A DNA stretch of 32,000 nucleotides from an uncultured Clostridia bacterium (GTDB lineage Bacteria; Bacillota; Clostridia; TANB77; CAG-508), in the NCBI GenBank assembly GCA_944388655.1, contig CALXJP010000017.1, positions 2,137 through 34,136 of the forward strand, given 5' to 3'. Every line of letters begins with the position of its first letter. Position 1 is the stretch's first letter. The notes under the pieces were generated by a model, which did not search any database, was not told the DNA's origin, and worked only from the letters and a program-made list of their open reading frames with translations. The translations under genes and the position numbers were made by a program. This document shows, piece after piece, positions 27,520-32,000 of the stretch.

Positions 27520-27560
27520 GGGGGAAACAGCTATCTAAAGCGTTTCCCCCCTCTCTTTTT
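27520..27560. terminator. Bidirectional terminator between convergent genes
   Basis: gggggaaac (27520-27528) / gtttccccc (27542-27550) followed by a pyrimidine/T run. Confidence 0.75.
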
Positions 27561-27736
27561 TATTCTTCTTCAGAAATTGGTGCGCCAACAGGACAAACTC
27601 CTTGGCATGTACCACAAGATATGCATTGTTCTTTATCAATTACATATCTATCATCCCCTTGAGATATACATCCTACTGGACATGCTGCTGCGCATGCACC
27701 GCAAGAAATACAAGCTTCTGTAATTTTATAAGCCAT
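27560..27736 (-). CDS. 2[4Fe-4S] ferredoxin
   Basis: MAYKITEACISCGACAAACPVGCISQGDDRYVIDKEQCISCGTCQGVCPVGAP. Confidence 0.93.
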   Translation of the reverse strand: MAYKITEACISCGACAAACPVGCISQGDDRYVIDKEQCISCGTCQGVCPVGAPISEEE

Positions 27737-27766
27737 TATTTTCACCACCTTTCCCATTTTCTTATT

Positions 27767-28693
27767 CTAAAGAATTTCATCATCTTCTTGATTACTTTGA
27801 TCAATTTTTTCTAAATTTTCTAATTCTTGCAATTCTTTTAAATTTTGTTTTTCTTCTTCGTCCATTACTTCTGTTTCAACATTTTGAATAATTTTTATAT
27901 CTTTGGCATCATATTTTTTATAAAAATATTCTCCATTTTCATCTTTTAATTTTACACGAACAATTTCTTTTAGTGTTTCTATGCCATCTACTACGCCTTC
28001 TCCATCTTCTGTTTGTATAATTGCCCCAATTTTAGGTAGCTTTTTTAATTTTTCTTCATATACTTCTTGTTCATATTTTAAACAGCACATTAATCTTCCA
28101 CAATTTCCAGAAATTTTACTAGGGTTTAATGACACATTTTGTTCTTTTGCCATTTTTATAGAGACTGTTTCAAAGTTATTTAGGAAAGAACAACAACATA
28201 GTTCTCTTCCACAAACACCATTTCCTCCTATTCTTTTTACTTCGTCTCTTACTCCTATTTGTCTTAGTTCTATTCTTGTTCTATATACTGCTGCTAAATC
28301 TTTTACTAACTCTCTAAAATCAACTCTTCCTTCTGCTGTAAAGTAGAATAACACTTTACTATTATCAAATTTAAATTCTACCTCTGTTAATGTCATTTTG
28401 AGATTATGTTCTTTAATCTTTTTTTGGCATAATACAAATGCTTGCTTTTCTTTTTCTTTATTATCTAAGTAGTGTTTTTTATCTTCTTGGTTAGCAAGGC
28501 GAATCACTTTTTTTAAAGGTTTTTCTAATTGATAAGCTGGCATAGAACGATTAGCAATAGCTACTTCTCCATATTCTTCACCTTGCGCAGTTTCCACAAT
28601 GACATAATCTCCTATATTTAATTTTAATTTACCTGGTGTAAAAAAATATATTTTTCCTGGCTTTTTGAATTTTACCCCTACAATGCTACTCAT
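27767..28693 (-). CDS. ricT: PSP1-domain protein (RicT/YaaT-like)
   Basis: FYFTAEGRVDFRELVKDLAAVYRTRIELRQIGVRDEVKRIGGNGVCGRELCCCSFL...ISGNCGRLMCCLKYE; adjacent to holB as in other Firmicutes. Confidence 0.9.
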   Translation of the reverse strand: MSSIVGVKFKKPGKIYFFTPGKLKLNIGDYVIVETAQGEEYGEVAIANRSMPAYQLEKPLKKVIRLANQEDKKHYLDNKEKEKQAFVLCQKKIKEHNLKMTLTEVEFKFDNSKVLFYFTAEGRVDFRELVKDLAAVYRTRIELRQIGVRDEVKRIGGNGVCGRELCCCSFLNNFETVSIKMAKEQNVSLNPSKISGNCGRLMCCLKYEQEVYEEKLKKLPKIGAIIQTEDGEGVVDGIETLKEIVRVKLKDENGEYFYKKYDAKDIKIIQNVETEVMDEEEKQNLKELQELENLEKIDQSNQEDDEIL

Positions 28694-28707
28694 GTATTCC
28701 TCCTCTT

Positions 28708-29583
28708 TTATGGATGTATTTTTTCCCACATTTGCAAGATTAATTGATCAATACTCATGTCATAATTATTATTAGCTAATATTTTTCTTTTGGTATTTTC
28801 TACATCAGAAATACAATTGATATATGTAATTTGCTTTTGTTGCATTAATACTTGATTCATATAGTTTAACACATCTTGAATATTATCTTTTTGTTTGTAC
28901 AATATTTCTGCTTGTCTCCACACTTGTAATAAGCTTTGTTCTTTCATATGAGAAATTATCTCTTCTACTTGTTGATAAATTTCTTGTTGTTCTTGCATTT
29001 TCATTAGTTTTCCTATGCTTCCTTCACAAGCTTTTATTAAAGTAGTCGCTTGTGTTTCTTTTAACCATTTTTGTATAGTTTCTTCGCTGATTGGTTGAAA
29101 TGCCATTTTGATGCATCTAGATTTTATGGTATTTAATAATTTACTTTCATTATTCGTAATTAATAGTAAAACAGCATATTCTGGCGGTTCCTCTAAGGTT
29201 TTTAATAAACAATTTTGTGCTTCTTTGGTCATTTTATCGCAATCGTTTACTATATATACTTTTTTAGTAGAAATGATAGGTTTTTCTAATATTTTTTGTT
29301 GCATATATCGGATTTGTTCTATTTTGATGGTCTTACCTTCTTCTGGTTCTATTTGCATAAAATCGGGATGATTTTGATTGGTAAATTCTATACAAGATTT
29401 ACAAGAATCTTCTTTTGGAGAAGATGCTAAACATAGTATTTTTTTTGCAAACTCTTGTGCAAATAGTTTTTTACCAATTCCTTCTATTCCTATGAATAAG
29501 TAACTATGCAATATGTTTTGTGTTTCTATAGTATGTGTAAGAATTTCTTTTATTTTTTCATTTCCCAAATACTTTTCAAACAT
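28708..29583 (-). CDS. holB: DNA polymerase III delta' subunit
   Basis: 291 aa; HSYLFIGIEGIGKKLFAQEFAKKILC, YIVNDCDKMTKEAQNCLLKTLEEPPEYAVLLLITNNESKLLNTIKSRC. Confidence 0.93.
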   Translation of the reverse strand: MFEKYLGNEKIKEILTHTIETQNILHSYLFIGIEGIGKKLFAQEFAKKILCLASSPKEDSCKSCIEFTNQNHPDFMQIEPEEGKTIKIEQIRYMQQKILEKPIISTKKVYIVNDCDKMTKEAQNCLLKTLEEPPEYAVLLLITNNESKLLNTIKSRCIKMAFQPISEETIQKWLKETQATTLIKACEGSIGKLMKMQEQQEIYQQVEEIISHMKEQSLLQVWRQAEILYKQKDNIQDVLNYMNQVLMQQKQITYINCISDVENTKRKILANNNYDMSIDQLILQMWEKIHP

Positions 29584-29592
29584 AATTTTCTC

Positions 29593-30213
29593 CTAATGGA
29601 TTTCTCCAAATAAATTCAAAGGCCAAATACGAATCCATGCTACTCCTTCTATTTTTTCGATAGGAATACAACCAAATTCTCTACAGTCTGTACTATTTTC
29701 TCTGTTATCTCCCATGGCAAAAACATATCCTTCTGGTACAACAAAATCTGTTAAATATTCATTTTTAGCATATGTTATAACACCCTTCGGAATATAACTT
29801 TCTTCTAATTTTTGTTCATTAATGTATACTCCATCAGATTGAATTTGTACATGGTCTCCTGGCAAACCAATTAGTCTTTTTATATAGCTATCTTTTCCTA
29901 TTTCTAACACATAATAAACAAAACTTGAAAATAGATTTTCTGGTTCGTAATTATATTCTGCTTTTACCGATTCTACTCCTGATACTTTGCTTGGACGCTC
30001 AAAAGTGATAATATCTCCTCTTTTTAGTTCTTGCCCAAAAGTAATGGGTATTTTATTTAATATTAATCTTTCTCCTGGTTTTAGTGTAGGTGACATAGAT
30101 GTCATTTTTACTTCTGTTGGTGTTCCTATAAAATAACGGATTAAAATAGCTAGTACAATTGCTACTACTATACATATAATCCATTCTATAACTTCTCTTA
30201 CTGTACTATTCAT
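29593..30213 (-). CDS. lepB: Signal peptidase I
   Basis: 206 aa; MTSMSPTLKPGERLILNK, KRLIGLPGDHV, GYVFAMGDNRENSTDCREFG. Confidence 0.94.
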   Translation of the reverse strand: MNSTVREVIEWIICIVVAIVLAILIRYFIGTPTEVKMTSMSPTLKPGERLILNKIPITFGQELKRGDIITFERPSKVSGVESVKAEYNYEPENLFSSFVYYVLEIGKDSYIKRLIGLPGDHVQIQSDGVYINEQKLEESYIPKGVITYAKNEYLTDFVVPEGYVFAMGDNRENSTDCREFGCIPIEKIEGVAWIRIWPLNLFGEIH

Positions 30214-30306
30214 TGTCTATTTCCTTTATTAAATTTAGGTTTTTATGTTGCCTATCAACTTTCTTTTCTATTATACATTTTTCTGAATGATTTATCAAGC
30301 TTTCCT

Positions 30307-31716
30307 TTATTTTTTTGTAGGAATACGTACTACTACTTCTGTTCCTTTTCCTGGCTTACTTTTAATGTCTATACTTCCTTTATTCTGATTTAAAATTTCT
30401 TTGGCAATCGAAAGTCCAAGACCTGTTCCTCCTAGTTCTCTAGTACGTGCTTTATCTACACGATAAAATCTTTCAAAAATGCGGTTTAAATCTTCTTCTG
30501 GTATACCTATTCCATTATCAATAATTTTGACATAGGCATCATTATACACGAATCCTACATAAATTTTTATATTGCCCTTTTCTGGTGTATATTTAATACT
30601 ATTGGAAAGTATATTCAATATAACTCTTTCAATTCCATCTTTATTAGCAATAACAGGCGGAACATTTGCTGTTACAAAACATTCTGTATGTTGATTTTTT
30701 TTATCTGCTTCTATTTGTAATTTTTCTTGGCATTTTTTTACTAATTCTCCTAGGTCAAATTCTGTTGCTTCATATTGTATTTTATTATTATCATATCTGG
30801 ATAAAGTTAACAAATCAGAAACTAGTTTTGCCATTCTTTTAGCTTCTGAAGAAATAACTCCTAAAAACTTATCTTGTGTTTCTTTATCATATTCTCCTTC
30901 TACTAATGTTTCTGCATATCCCATAATAGAGGTAATAGGTGTTTTTAATTCATGAGATACATCTGCTACAAATTCTTTTCTCATATTATCTAATTTAACA
31001 TGTTCTGTAATATCTTGTATCATTGCCATAACACCAGATGGTCGCTCGTTTTCATCTTTAAAGGTTGCAAATAGTATATTTAAGTATCTATCCCCTACAT
31101 GTACCCTTTGTTCAGAAGATGTCCAATTTTCCAAATATACTGTTTTTTCTAAGTTAATATCAATATTGAGTTTGGCAAATATTCTATCAAAGGTATTTTC
31201 TCGTTCTGATAAATGTAAAAATTCTACTGCTGCTGGATTAATATGAGTAATTTTTCCTTCCATATCAAAAGCAATAATTCCATCATTCATGTGTAATAAT
31301 ATGGTTTCTATTTGATTTTTCTGCCTATTGACTTCATTTACATTTCCTTTAATTTCTTTTTTCATAATGCCAAAAGCATCTGCTAGTTCATCTACTTCTG
31401 TTTTATTTTTTCCTTGCCCTATTCTAGGCACATTTTTCATTAATTTGGTAATAGGACTAATAAATGCTTTGGAAACCCAAATTCCTAAAATAATAGAAAT
31501 ACCACCAAAAATAGCTACCGCAGAAATAGTAGTTACTTTGGCATTTTCTATTTGCTGTTGTATTTGTATTTGGTATTCTGGTTGTGTTCTTTCTGTAGTG
31601 GTATATTCACTAATGTTTGCTAATTGTACTATGTAAAATCCTCCTAAAGTAGCTATTAATAGCATCCCTAGTACAGTATAAATTAATATTACTTTTACTT
31701 GTATATTTCTTAACAT
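30307..31716 (-). CDS. walK: Sensor histidine kinase, WalK/PhoR-like (HAMP, PAS, HisKA, HATPase)
   Basis: 469 aa; FVADVSHELKTPITSIMGYAETL, VILNILSNSIKYTPEKGNI, RFYRVDKARTRELGGTGLGLSIAKEI. Confidence 0.88.
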   Translation of the reverse strand: MLRNIQVKVILIYTVLGMLLIATLGGFYIVQLANISEYTTTERTQPEYQIQIQQQIENAKVTTISAVAIFGGISIILGIWVSKAFISPITKLMKNVPRIGQGKNKTEVDELADAFGIMKKEIKGNVNEVNRQKNQIETILLHMNDGIIAFDMEGKITHINPAAVEFLHLSERENTFDRIFAKLNIDINLEKTVYLENWTSSEQRVHVGDRYLNILFATFKDENERPSGVMAMIQDITEHVKLDNMRKEFVADVSHELKTPITSIMGYAETLVEGEYDKETQDKFLGVISSEAKRMAKLVSDLLTLSRYDNNKIQYEATEFDLGELVKKCQEKLQIEADKKNQHTECFVTANVPPVIANKDGIERVILNILSNSIKYTPEKGNIKIYVGFVYNDAYVKIIDNGIGIPEEDLNRIFERFYRVDKARTRELGGTGLGLSIAKEILNQNKGSIDIKSKPGKGTEVVVRIPTKK

Positions 31717-31809
31717 TCGTAGGCCTCTTTCTTTTTCTTCTTATTGATAAATTTCACTATAGAAAAGACAATTTTAGAGCCTTCTAAAATTGTCCTATAG
31801 TATTTATTT

Positions 31810-32000
31810 CTATTTACGATTGGCAATATAATAACCGACTCCTCTTTTAGTGATTAATATTCGTGGATTCGAGGTATCTCTTTCTATTTTTTCTCTTATT
31901 CTTCTTACTGTAACATCTACTGTTCTAATATCTCCATAGTATTCATATCCCCATACTTTTTCTAGTAAAACTTCTCTTGTTACTACTTGTCCTGGTTGGG
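31810..32000 (-). CDS. walR: OmpR-family response regulator, C-terminal winged-helix portion (partial, runs off the right edge)
   Basis: Translated by hand: [62 protein letters not shown]. Confidence 0.85.
   Translation of the reverse strand, partial: QPGQVVTREVLLEKVWGYEYYGDIRTVDVTVRRIREKIERDTSNPRILITKRGVGYYIANRK

Noticed and set aside
1-32000. CRISPR arrays, rRNA or tRNA genes, transposases, prophage genes
   Set aside because: None recognised on reading both strands. Defence or mobile elements do not explain this window, which is mostly core genes.

Overview
Low-GC Firmicutes/Clostridia-type chromosomal window. The minus strand carries a rearranged dcw cell-wall cluster (mraZ, rsmH, ftsL-like, spoVD/pbp, murE, mraY, ftsW/spoVE, murG; no murF or murD in the window). 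It is interrupted by a stand-alone PIN-like gene and an MBOAT/DHHW/DUF4358-type surface-modification block. Other genes are a sortase, rsmA, yraN, dprA, comM, a small pilin-like operon, cca, a plus-strand porGDAB operon, a YbhN-like membrane protein, ricT/PSP1, holB, lepB and walK/walR. The most striking signal is that four conserved housekeeping genes (ftsW, spoVD, comM, cca) are broken by five +1 frameshifts of identical form. Each has an in-frame CGG triplet where homologues have a Gly codon GGN, so the reading is C-GGN and skipping the C restores the conserved protein (GSGKT Walker A in ComM, GTGKN in SpoVD, TIGEDLARRD in Cca, GFPGWEIVGLP in ComM, TTGKGDFRMERI in FtsW). By manual scan, CGG is absent in frame from every other recognisable gene here, although it occurs dozens of times out of frame. 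The only other in-frame uses are three CGG codons in the PIN-like ORF, which has its own promoter and terminator. This fits an unassigned or starved CGG codon with efficient +1 recoding (C skipping or CGGN quadruplet read as Gly). A systematic sequencing or assembly insertion error is the main alternative and must be excluded.
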